A stretch of 64,000 nt of DNA from Myxococcota bacterium (lineage in GTDB: Bacteria; Myxococcota_A; UBA9160; SZUA-336), in the NCBI GenBank assembly GCA_965247115.1, contig CBDFGR010000003.1:320001-384000 (forward strand). Direction: 5' to 3'. Below the pieces are notes generated by a model that did not search any database, was not told where the DNA came from, and worked only from the letters and a program-made list of their open reading frames with translations. A program made the position numbers and the translations under genes. Shown piece by piece: positions 56,440 to 64,000 of this stretch; within the stretch, counting starts at the first letter, position 1; each line of letters begins with the position of its first letter.

Positions 56440-57327
56440 TCACCTGACCATGTTCTGGATCTCCCCGATCCGCGAGATCGCGATCCGGATCACGTCTCCC
56501 TTCTGCAGGAAACGCGGCGGATCGAAGCCGATACCGACGCCCTCCGGCGTGCCCGTCGCAATGATGTCCCCCGGAAGGAGCGTCATGCAGGCCGATGCCG
56601 CCGCGATGATCTCCGGAATCGAGTAGATCAGATCGCCCGTGTGCGCGTCCTGGCGGAGCTCGCCGTTCACCCAGCAGGAGATCGAGAGATCCTCGGGATC
56701 GAGCTCGTCGGCAGAGACGATCCACGGACCCATCGGGCAGAAGGTGTCGATCGACTTGCCAAGGAACCACTGCTTGTGTTTCGACTGGAGATCCCGCGCC
56801 GTCACATCGTTGATGACCGTGTAACCCCACACATGGTCGTAGGCGTCGTCCGGTCGGATCGCGCGGCCCTCCTTGCCGATGACCACGCCCAGCTCGGCCT
56901 CGTAGTCGACCTCGCTCGTCACGGCCCAGGGGACCTGGATCTCGTCGTGGGGTCCGGACAGCGCGCAAGGGGCCTTTGAGAACAGGATCGGCGCCTGCCG
57001 AGTCGAGTCGGGCGGGCTCTGGCTGGACGAGTCATAGCCGCTGCGCGCGAACTCCACCGCGTGAGCGGCGTAGTTCTTGCCGATGCAGATCACGTTCTTG
57101 CTCGGCTTGCGAATCGGAGAATCGAGGCGAACGGAGCCGAGCGGCACCGCCCCTCCCGTCAGCGCGGCCTGGATCTCGCCAGGGCTCCACGCGAGCAACG
57201 GAATCATCGGATCCGGAACGTTCTCCGGCGCCGCGATTACCCGAAGGACCGGCTCCGCGTCACCGGCCGACTCCTCGACCAGACCGACACGAGCCTCTCC
57301 CTCAAACTGGAACCTGACAAGCTTCAT
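56440..57327 (-). CDS. Fumarylacetoacetate hydrolase family
   Basis: CIGKNY, DYEAEL, NDVTARD, GKSIDTFCP, ATGTPEG. Confidence 0.93.
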   Translation of the reverse strand: MKLVRFQFEGEARVGLVEESAGDAEPVLRVIAAPENVPDPMIPLLAWSPGEIQAALTGGAVPLGSVRLDSPIRKPSKNVICIGKNYAAHAVEFARSGYDSSSQSPPDSTRQAPILFSKAPCALSGPHDEIQVPWAVTSEVDYEAELGVVIGKEGRAIRPDDAYDHVWGYTVINDVTARDLQSKHKQWFLGKSIDTFCPMGPWIVSADELDPEDLSISCWVNGELRQDAHTGDLIYSIPEIIAAASACMTLLPGDIIATGTPEGVGIGFDPPRFLQKGDVIRIAISRIGEIQNMVR

Positions 57328-57366
57328 GGGGGTGGCCCGACCCCCCTATCACCGAGAGCTCGCGGG

Positions 57367-57741
57367 CTACTTCTTGATCTCGACCAGGATCTCGTAGAAG
57401 GGCTCCTTTCCGGTGTTGACCGCCCACTCCGTTGCGCCCTTCGGGATGTGGAAGGTGTGGGCTCCAGGAGTGAGATTGAATACGAGGTCGTTGGTGCCAT
57501 CCTGCGAGATGCCGCACACCTTGTCGCCCTGGAGCATGACCAGGTAGTAGTCGTTCTCGTGCGTGTGCAGATCGCAGTTCTCTCCGGGCGCCAGGGTCAT
57601 GTCCCAGACCTTCACGTGGTCGTCCTCGAACAGAACGTTGGTCGCGATCGGGCCGATCTTGTCGTCCTTGTGGTCGATTCGGAACTGATCGAATTGCTTG
57701 CGCTCCTCGATATTGGGTTGCTCGATTTTGATCTCGGTCAA
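57367..57741 (-). CDS. Cupin-domain protein
   Basis: AAGGAG RBS, TTG start; LFEDDHVKVW..LAPGE..LHTHENDY, AVNTG..YEILVEIK. Confidence 0.75.
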   Translation of the reverse strand: MTEIKIEQPNIEERKQFDQFRIDHKDDKIGPIATNVLFEDDHVKVWDMTLAPGENCDLHTHENDYYLVMLQGDKVCGISQDGTNDLVFNLTPGAHTFHIPKGATEWAVNTGKEPFYEILVEIKK

Positions 57742-57853
57742 GGCTCTCTCCTTTGTATCAAGGGTATCCCCATGGGAGTATAGACCTGGTCCCGGGCGGT
57801 ATACTAGACTCTCGGGAGCGGGCACGCGCTCGCCCTGACAAGAGGAGACCACT

Positions 57854-58303
57854 ATGCCCCTTCCGCAAGACATCTCGCCGCTCAACCCGGAGCTCATGGA
57901 CACCATCGTCCGGGCCCCGGAGATGGACTGGGTCCCCCAGGACGACACCGGGACGGCGTTCGTCAAGCTGCTCTGGACCGGCGCCGAGACCGGGAACTGG
58001 TGTGCCCTGTTCAAGTGGGCCAAGGGCTACGTCGCGCCTGCGCACAAGCACCTGAGCGGGGCCCACGTGTACGTGGTCTCCGGGAAGCTCGAGGTCCGAG
58101 ACGCGGTGTTCAACGCCGGGGACTACGTCTACGAGCGCAACGGCATGATTCACGAGACCACCACGGCGCTCGAGGACACCGTATACCTGTTCATCTGCGA
58201 GGGTCCGGTGCTGTTCTACGACGAGAACGGCTTCACGGGCTACCTTGGCTGGGAGGAGCTCGAGCGGCAGGCGCAGGACTACGCGCGAAGCAAGGCTGCG
58301 TAG
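57854..58303 (+). CDS. Cupin (ChrR / 2,4'-dihydroxyacetophenone dioxygenase-like)
   Basis: APAHKHLSG, AGDYVYERNGMIH; GAGGAG RBS. Confidence 0.82.
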   Translation: MPLPQDISPLNPELMDTIVRAPEMDWVPQDDTGTAFVKLLWTGAETGNWCALFKWAKGYVAPAHKHLSGAHVYVVSGKLEVRDAVFNAGDYVYERNGMIHETTTALEDTVYLFICEGPVLFYDENGFTGYLGWEELERQAQDYARSKAA

Positions 58304-58327
58304 GCGCTACTTCTCGGCCGGAACGCA

Positions 58328-58723
58328 CTACTCCACCAGCTTGATGAACTCCGTGTTCGGCTGGGGTGGCGCGATGATCTCCATGATCTGCAGGTCGTCA
58401 GAATGCTCCACCAGGTCGTGGACGATGCCCGCAGGCATGTTCACGCAGCCGCCCTCTTTCACCGTCACGTCGCCGGTGCCCTCGAAGTAGAACTTGCCCC
58501 ACCCCTTGAGCACGTAGAACATCTGGAACTCCACATCGTGGCGGTGCAGCCCGAGCTTGCCCGGGCACGGCCCGTTCGCTTTGATGATGCGGGCATCCAA
58601 AGCGCCACCGGTGGCCTTGATGAGGCCCAGATCCCGGATCCCGAACTGGCCTCTCGGGTCGAACTCGCCGAACTTCGCGTCGGCAGCGTGGCTGACAGAG
58701 ATCTCGGATTGGCTCAGGTCCAT
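58328..58723 (-). CDS. Cupin-domain protein (paralogue A)
   Basis: RDLG...ATGG, HRHDVEFQMFYVLKG, PAGIVHDL. Confidence 0.88.
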   Translation of the reverse strand: MDLSQSEISVSHAADAKFGEFDPRGQFGIRDLGLIKATGGALDARIIKANGPCPGKLGLHRHDVEFQMFYVLKGWGKFYFEGTGDVTVKEGGCVNMPAGIVHDLVEHSDDLQIMEIIAPPQPNTEFIKLVE

Positions 58724-58791
58724 GTTATCCTCCTCTCGTTTGGCAGCCCATCCTACCATCACCACCGCTCTGTTGCGCCTATTATCGAGCG

Positions 58792-58925
58792 ATGGTCGAC
58801 TGGAAGCGAAAAGAGGTCCGCCTCCCAGCTCTGGGGAGCCGATCAGCCACTACACCGACGCCGTTCGCTTCGGCAACCTGCTGTTCATCTCCGGCATGAT
58901 GGCGCGGACGCAGAGCACCAGGTGA
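58792..58925 (+). pseudogene. RidA-family 5' remnant
   Basis: MVDWKRKEVRLPALG then, frameshifted, EPISHYTDAVRFGNLLFISG; truncated before the next gene. Confidence 0.72.
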
Positions 58926-58938
58926 AAAGGAGAGACCC

Positions 58939-59916
58939 ATGGCAGAAGAACCCCGGTTTCGTCCGCGGCGCTTTGCGCACTCGAACCTGTTCGTCTCTGA
59001 CATGCACCGATCGATGGACTTCTACGGACAGGTCGTGGGACTCGAGGAGTGCTTCCAGGAGCCAGCGATCCACGCCGGCTTCATGAGTAACGGAAACACG
59101 CATCACGACGTCAGTGTGACTCAGGTCTCCGACGAGTCGCTGATCGGTCGCGACGGCCAGCTTCTCGTGCCTCCCGAGTTCGGTCGGAAGCCCGATCTCT
59201 TCCACCTCGCCTTCGAGATGGAGAACGAGGCAGAGCTGGTCGCCGCTCACGACCGCGCAGTCAAGTACGGCGTCACGATCATCATGACGGTCGACCACAG
59301 CTTTGCAAAGAGCGTCTATCTGCTCGACGCAGAGAGGAATATGCTCGAGTTCACGGCCGACTCGACAAAGGACTGGCGGGCGATGTACCGCGAGTACGAG
59401 GGAAAGCTCGTGACGGGGCCTTGGACGCCCGGAGAGAAGGAACCGGCCACCGAGCGCAACTACCCCGCCAATCCGCAGATCCGCCGCATGGAGGGCGTGG
59501 CCGTCCACTCCCTGCGCACGACACACGCCGTCCTCGGCTGCAGCGACCTGGACGAGCAACTCGCCTTCTATCAGGACGTGGCCGGCCTGGATCCGGTGAT
59601 CTACTCGGACCAGTCCCAGGTCGCTGTCCTGAAGGGAACGGCCGCCGACTACTCGCTCGTGCTGTTCCAGGCTGATGCGGAGCGGCGTTCGGGCTATCAC
59701 CACATGGCCTATGAGGTGTCCCCGTCCGACTTTGACGTTGATGTCGAACAGCTCGAGCGCGAGGGATTCGCGATCGAGGCCAGCTTAGACCACCCCGCGA
59801 AGAAGAGCGTCTTCCTTCGCGATCCGGATGGGCTGGGTGTCGAGTTCTACACGCCGCTTGCGGATCTACCGGTGGATGCCGAAGAGCTGCGTCGCTTCTG
59901 GCTCGTCGCTGCCTAG
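58939..59916 (+). CDS. Two-domain VOC protein, extradiol-dioxygenase-like
   Basis: AHSNL, GNTHHD, FHLAFE, DH..AKSVY, NMLEF; second domain THAVL, HHMAYE, DPDGLGVEF. Confidence 0.85.
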   Translation: MAEEPRFRPRRFAHSNLFVSDMHRSMDFYGQVVGLEECFQEPAIHAGFMSNGNTHHDVSVTQVSDESLIGRDGQLLVPPEFGRKPDLFHLAFEMENEAELVAAHDRAVKYGVTIIMTVDHSFAKSVYLLDAERNMLEFTADSTKDWRAMYREYEGKLVTGPWTPGEKEPATERNYPANPQIRRMEGVAVHSLRTTHAVLGCSDLDEQLAFYQDVAGLDPVIYSDQSQVAVLKGTAADYSLVLFQADAERRSGYHHMAYEVSPSDFDVDVEQLEREGFAIEASLDHPAKKSVFLRDPDGLGVEFYTPLADLPVDAEELRRFWLVAA

Positions 59917-59930
59917 GGGAGGAAGAGGAG

Positions 59931-60683
59931 ATGACCGCGTCCACAACCAAAGTAGCCCTGATCACGGGTGGCGGCACGGGCATCGGACGCGCCATCGCAC
60001 GCGCGCTGCATCGCAAGGAGTACGAGGTGGCAATCCTGGGCCGCCGTCGAGAAAAGCTCGACTCGCCCGAGGGTTTTCATGCCTATGCGTGCGACATCGC
60101 GGATTCGGCCGCGGTCGGCGAGACGGTCGCCAAGCTGCTCTCCGATCTGGGCCGCATCGACGTGCTGGTCAACAACGCGGGCGTCATCCGGAACGGCAAT
60201 CTCGAGGACACGACCGAAGAGGAGATCGAGTACCAAGTGCAGGTCAACGTCATGGGCACGATTCGCATGACGAAGGCCTGTCTGCCCTCGCTCAAAGAGT
60301 CCAAGGGGTCGATCATCAACGTGAGCTCCACCCTGGCCTGGCTCCCCATCCTGGGAACGTCGATCTACTCGGCCACCAAGGGCGCCATGGAGGCGTTCAA
60401 CCGCGCGATGGCGCTGGAGCTCGGCCCATCCGGTGTGCGCGTGAACTGCATCGCTCCCGCCCTGACCCGCACCGACATCTACTTAGCCGACGGAATGGAC
60501 GAGCAGGGCTTCGACAGCATGATGGAGGAGTTCGGGGCCAGGTACCTGCTAGGGCGAGTCGGCGAGCCCGAGGACGTTGCCGAGCTGGCCGCCTTTCTGG
60601 TCTCCAAGCAAGCGGGTTGGATGACCGGCTCGGTGATCCCGGTCGACAGCGGCTACCGGAGTGTGGGTTTCAAACAACAGTAG
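59931..60683 (+). CDS. Short-chain dehydrogenase/reductase
   Basis: TGGGTGIG, NNAG, NVSS, YSATK. Confidence 0.94.
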   Translation: MTASTTKVALITGGGTGIGRAIARALHRKEYEVAILGRRREKLDSPEGFHAYACDIADSAAVGETVAKLLSDLGRIDVLVNNAGVIRNGNLEDTTEEEIEYQVQVNVMGTIRMTKACLPSLKESKGSIINVSSTLAWLPILGTSIYSATKGAMEAFNRAMALELGPSGVRVNCIAPALTRTDIYLADGMDEQGFDSMMEEFGARYLLGRVGEPEDVAELAAFLVSKQAGWMTGSVIPVDSGYRSVGFKQQ

Positions 60684-60737
60684 CGACCAGCGCGATGCCG
60701 CCAGGTACTCGCCGTTCTACGCTGGGCCTGAGGGGCC

Positions 60738-61133
60738 CTACTCCACCGGCCTGATCCACTCCGTCGCGTGCTGGTGTGGCGCGATGATCTCGAGGAACAC
60801 GAAGTCGTCCGTGTGCTCCACCAGATCGTGGACAATGCCTGCGGGCATGTTCACGCAGGCGCCCGCAGTCACGTCGACTTCGCCGGTGCCCTCGAAGTAG
60901 AACTTGGCCTTCCCCTGGAGCACGTAGAACATCTGGAACGTCACGGCGTGGCGGTGCCGACCCAGATTCTTCGGGCTCTTCTGGGTCGCCGCGAGAACGC
61001 GGGCTTCGAGAGCGCCTTTCGTGGCCCCTGTGAGGCCCAGATCGCGGATCTGAAAGACCCCATCCGGGTCGAAGTTCTCGTACTTCGCATCGTCGGCATG
61101 GCTAACAGATATGTCGGATTGGCTCAGGTCCAT
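60738..61133 (-). CDS. Cupin-domain protein (paralogue B)
   Basis: Same length (131 aa) and motifs as 58328-58723: MDLSQS, RDLG, HRH..FQMFYVL, PAGIVHDLVEH. Confidence 0.88.
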   Translation of the reverse strand: MDLSQSDISVSHADDAKYENFDPDGVFQIRDLGLTGATKGALEARVLAATQKSPKNLGRHRHAVTFQMFYVLQGKAKFYFEGTGEVDVTAGACVNMPAGIVHDLVEHTDDFVFLEIIAPHQHATEWIRPVE

Positions 61134-61255
61134 GTCGTCCTCCCGTCGTTTGAGAGCGTCATCCTATCATCGGGGGGCCCGTTCGCGGGTATCAACCGCG
61201 CCTCCCCTGCCTGGCTACGGTACACTACCAAGGCCGCGTAGGAGGATTCTAGTCC

Positions 61256-61651
61256 ATGGCAAAGGCTGTCCACACCATGATCCGGGTGTTCGATCTCGAG
61301 CGCTCGACGGCGTTCTACAAGGAGGCGCTCGGGCTCGAGGTGGCGCAGCGCCTCGACTTCGACGACTTCACACTCGTGTATCTGCGCAGCGAAGAGAGCG
61401 ACTTCGAGCTCGAGCTCACGCACAATCACGACCAGCGCGAGCCCTACAGCCACGGTAGCGGCTACGGCCACGTGGCCGTGACCGTGGAGGGCATCGAGTC
61501 GGAGCACCGTCGCCTGCGCGAGGCGGGAGTCTCGCCGGGTGACCTCATAGAGATGAAGCATGAGGGCCAGGCGCTGGCCCGCATCTTCTTCCTCGAGGAC
61601 CCCGACGGCTACAAGATCGAGGTCATCGAGCGCGGCGGCCGCTACGTGTAA
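61256..61651 (+). CDS. VOC / glyoxalase I-like protein
   Basis: VHTMIRV, ELELTHN, YSHGSGYGHVA, DPDGYKIEV. Confidence 0.9.
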   Translation: MAKAVHTMIRVFDLERSTAFYKEALGLEVAQRLDFDDFTLVYLRSEESDFELELTHNHDQREPYSHGSGYGHVAVTVEGIESEHRRLREAGVSPGDLIEMKHEGQALARIFFLEDPDGYKIEVIERGGRYV

Positions 61652-61653
61652 CC

Positions 61654-62931
61654 TTGCCTCCGACATCCACCCAGAGCTCCGGTCCAGCGGTAGCAACCAG
61701 CGCAGAACGAGTTGCCGGTAGTCCTGGGCCCGTAGCGGGGCGCAGCGAGGCAGCGGCGTTTCTGAAGCGCATCGACGGCATCTTGCCGTTGCTCAGGGAG
61801 CGGGCCCCGGAAGCGGAAGAGCTTCGTCGGATGCCGGACGAGAGTATCCGCGCAATGACCGACGCCGATGTCTTCCGTGCAGTCCAGCCGAGGCAGTGGG
61901 GCGGATTGGAAATCGATCCTTCGACGTGGTTCGAAGCGGTCGTCCGTGTCGGTTCAGCCTGCGGCTCGAGCGGTTGGATTGCCGGCCTGGTCGGCGGCCA
62001 CGCCTGGCACACCGCCATGTTCCCCCAAGAGGCGCAGCAGGAGGTCTGGGGCGAGAACCCGGACGCCCGCATAGCGACCTCGTTCGCACCGACCGGCAAG
62101 GCCGAGCGGGACAAGGACGGCTTCCACTTGACCGGACGCTGGAGGTTCGTGAGTGGCGTCGATCATTCCGAGTGGGTCGTGCTGGCCGCAGTCCTTCCCG
62201 ACGATGGGGAGGGCCGGGAGTGGAGAAACTTCCTCGTGCCTGCCCGTGATTTCGAGATCGATCAGGACAGCTGGTGCGTAGAAGGCCTGCAGGGAACGGG
62301 AAGCAAGGACGTGACGGTGGACAGCCTGGTACCGGACCATCGCACGCAGACCATCGAGCAGGCCTACACCGCTACGGAGCCGGGCAGGACGGCAAACCCC
62401 GGACCGCTCTTCCAGCTGCCCTGGCTGTCCATGTTCGCCTATGCCGTCGGCGCGGCTGCAATCGGCGCCGCGGTCGGAGCCCTCGAGGAGTTCGTCGAGG
62501 ACAATCGCGACCGCGTCTCCGCATTGATGGGCTTTGCGGCGGTCCAGAATCCCCCCGTCCATGTCCGACTGGCAGAAGCGGCAACGCTCGTAAAGGATGC
62601 CCGAGCACGCATTCCGCGGACCTGGGGAGACTTCTACACCAAAGCTCTAGCAGGGGAGCAGATATCCGACGCGAGTCGGGCTCAGTGCCGCTACGAGGGC
62701 TCTTATGCCGTGGCCGGGTGCCTCAGCGCGGTGATGAAAGTCTTCGAGATCGCTGGCGGCGGGGTGCTCCACAGCGACAAACCGTTTCAGCGCCATCTGC
62801 GAGATCTGATGGCAATGCGCAACCATCCCTTCTGCGTCCCGGAGAACTGGGCAAGTCTCTACTCAACGACTCTGTTTGGCTTGCCACTCCAGATACCCCT
62901 AGATCGCTCGAGCCTGGGGTGCTTGCTCTAG
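61654..62931 (+). CDS. Flavin-dependent monooxygenase oxygenase component (HsaA/C2-HpaH-like, acyl-CoA dehydrogenase fold)
   Basis: QPRQWGG, ACGSSGW, AQQEVWG, GRWRFVSGVDH, GLQGTGS, FQRHLRD; start uncertain. Confidence 0.88.
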   Translation: MPPTSTQSSGPAVATSAERVAGSPGPVAGRSEAAAFLKRIDGILPLLRERAPEAEELRRMPDESIRAMTDADVFRAVQPRQWGGLEIDPSTWFEAVVRVGSACGSSGWIAGLVGGHAWHTAMFPQEAQQEVWGENPDARIATSFAPTGKAERDKDGFHLTGRWRFVSGVDHSEWVVLAAVLPDDGEGREWRNFLVPARDFEIDQDSWCVEGLQGTGSKDVTVDSLVPDHRTQTIEQAYTATEPGRTANPGPLFQLPWLSMFAYAVGAAAIGAAVGALEEFVEDNRDRVSALMGFAAVQNPPVHVRLAEAATLVKDARARIPRTWGDFYTKALAGEQISDASRAQCRYEGSYAVAGCLSAVMKVFEIAGGGVLHSDKPFQRHLRDLMAMRNHPFCVPENWASLYSTTLFGLPLQIPLDRSSLGCLL

Positions 62932-62986
62932 AGCAAGAGGCTCAAGGGCCTGTACCGGTCGCGCCGTGTCCTGCGATAATCAGCGC

Positions 62987-64000
62987 ATGAAGTTCATGTT
63001 GCAACTCATTCCGACGATTCCGGCCTCACCGGTCGAGCGCGAGCGACTGCGGCCGATTGCTCATCGGACCGACAAGATCCAGCAGATGCTGGATGAGATG
63101 GTGGATCTGGCCCAGCTGAGCGAAGACGTGGGGTTCTCGGCGGTGACCTACTCCGAGCACCACTTCTACACCGAAGGGCTGGAGGCTGGGGCCACGCCCA
63201 TTCCGCATCTGCTTCATCTCGCCTCGAAGACCAAGCGCATCAAGGTCGGGCCGGTGGGATTCGTCCTGCCGACCTGGGACCCGATCCGCCTGGCGGAGGA
63301 TGTGGCGTGGGCAGACCAGATCACCAGAGGCCGGGTGATCGTGGGTCTGGCGCGTGGCGTATTTCCCCGTTGGGTCAACGTGCTGGGGCAGCACTATCAC
63401 GCACAGCCTGGGGTGCTGGGACCCGAAGCGGAGCAGCACAATCGAGAGGTCTTCGAGGAGCTCTTCCAGGTCATGAAGCTGGCCTGGGGAGAGGAGCCAT
63501 TTTCCTTCAAGGGCAACTACTACCAGGTGCCCTATCCCGCTGAGGGCCATGAGTGGTTGCCGCGCGAGACCACAGCCAAGTATGGCGCACCGGGCGAACT
63601 GGACGAACGCGGCTGGCTGCGCAAGATCTCGCCGGTGCCCAAGCCATACCAGAAGCCTCATCCACCCCTCTTTCAAGCCATGACGACCAACGAGGAGACC
63701 ATCCGCTGGGCAGCCAGGGAAGGAGTGGTACCGATCGTTTTCCTGCCGTTTCCCGAGCTAGCCATCAAAGGGGCAGAGCTCTACCGCGAAGAGGCGGCCA
63801 AGGCCGGCCACTCGCTCAAGAGGGGGGAGAACGTTGGCCTCGCGCGGCTGCTCTACCTTGGCGACACACGGGAGGAGGCGATGGATCGCGCGCGCAGAGG
63901 CTCGATCTTTCTCTTCAGTCGCTTCCACGCGAAGTTCTACCCGCAGATCCCGACGACCGTTGAGCCGCTGATCGAGGCGGGCATTGCCTTTGTTGGCACC
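62987..64000 (+). CDS. LLM-class flavin-dependent oxidoreductase (partial, runs off the window)
   Basis: Read manually from ATG 62987: MKFMLQL...SEHHF...TKRIKVG...WDPIRLAED...GRVIVGLARG...PKPYQKPHPP; absent from the ORF track because it has no stop in the window. Confidence 0.9.
   Translation, partial: MKFMLQLIPTIPASPVERERLRPIAHRTDKIQQMLDEMVDLAQLSEDVGFSAVTYSEHHFYTEGLEAGATPIPHLLHLASKTKRIKVGPVGFVLPTWDPIRLAEDVAWADQITRGRVIVGLARGVFPRWVNVLGQHYHAQPGVLGPEAEQHNREVFEELFQVMKLAWGEEPFSFKGNYYQVPYPAEGHEWLPRETTAKYGAPGELDERGWLRKISPVPKPYQKPHPPLFQAMTTNEETIRWAAREGVVPIVFLPFPELAIKGAELYREEAAKAGHSLKRGENVGLARLLYLGDTREEAMDRARRGSIFLFSRFHAKFYPQIPTTVEPLIEAGIAFVGT

Overview
High-GC bacterial DNA from a Gram-negative-type cell (TonB-dependent receptor, outer-membrane barrel), with a mosaic and partly decaying accessory character. 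0.1-3.7 kb: outer-membrane barrel, YfiR-family protein and hybrid histidine kinase in one operon. 4.1-14.3 kb: a large partner-switching cluster (three STAS proteins, a GAF-PP2C phosphatase, an RsbW-like kinase) interleaved with an ABC importer that has an extra STAS-fusion gene, an NCS2 permease fused to an RsbW-like domain, and a GOLPH3/GPP34 homologue; this is my best candidate for an undescribed system. 14.3-16.6 kb: a wHTH + nucleotidyltransferase pair (type IV toxin-antitoxin-like) behind three abutting 21-bp palindromes, with the NTase gene split by an IS3 element. 16.6-33 kb: mixed metabolic and signalling genes, including a PQQ-dehydrogenase homologue lacking key active-site residues, an AhpD-like gene coupled to an atypical class III cyclase, and a TBDR followed by a CadC-like regulator. 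33.3-33.8 kb: two tRNA 3' fragments with short repeats (integration scars). 37-39.8 kb: gene remnants plus an integron-type cassette with no integrase. 40-54 kb: ECF sigma/anti-sigma, sppA, pntAB, a desaturase/HTTM-DCC operon, tcuAB. 54-64 kb: a putative aromatic/heterocycle catabolic cluster running off the right edge. Several single-base lesions lie in short homopolymers and may be sequencing errors. All family calls are from motifs read by eye; no database search was run. No CRISPR array, rRNA or intact tRNA was seen.
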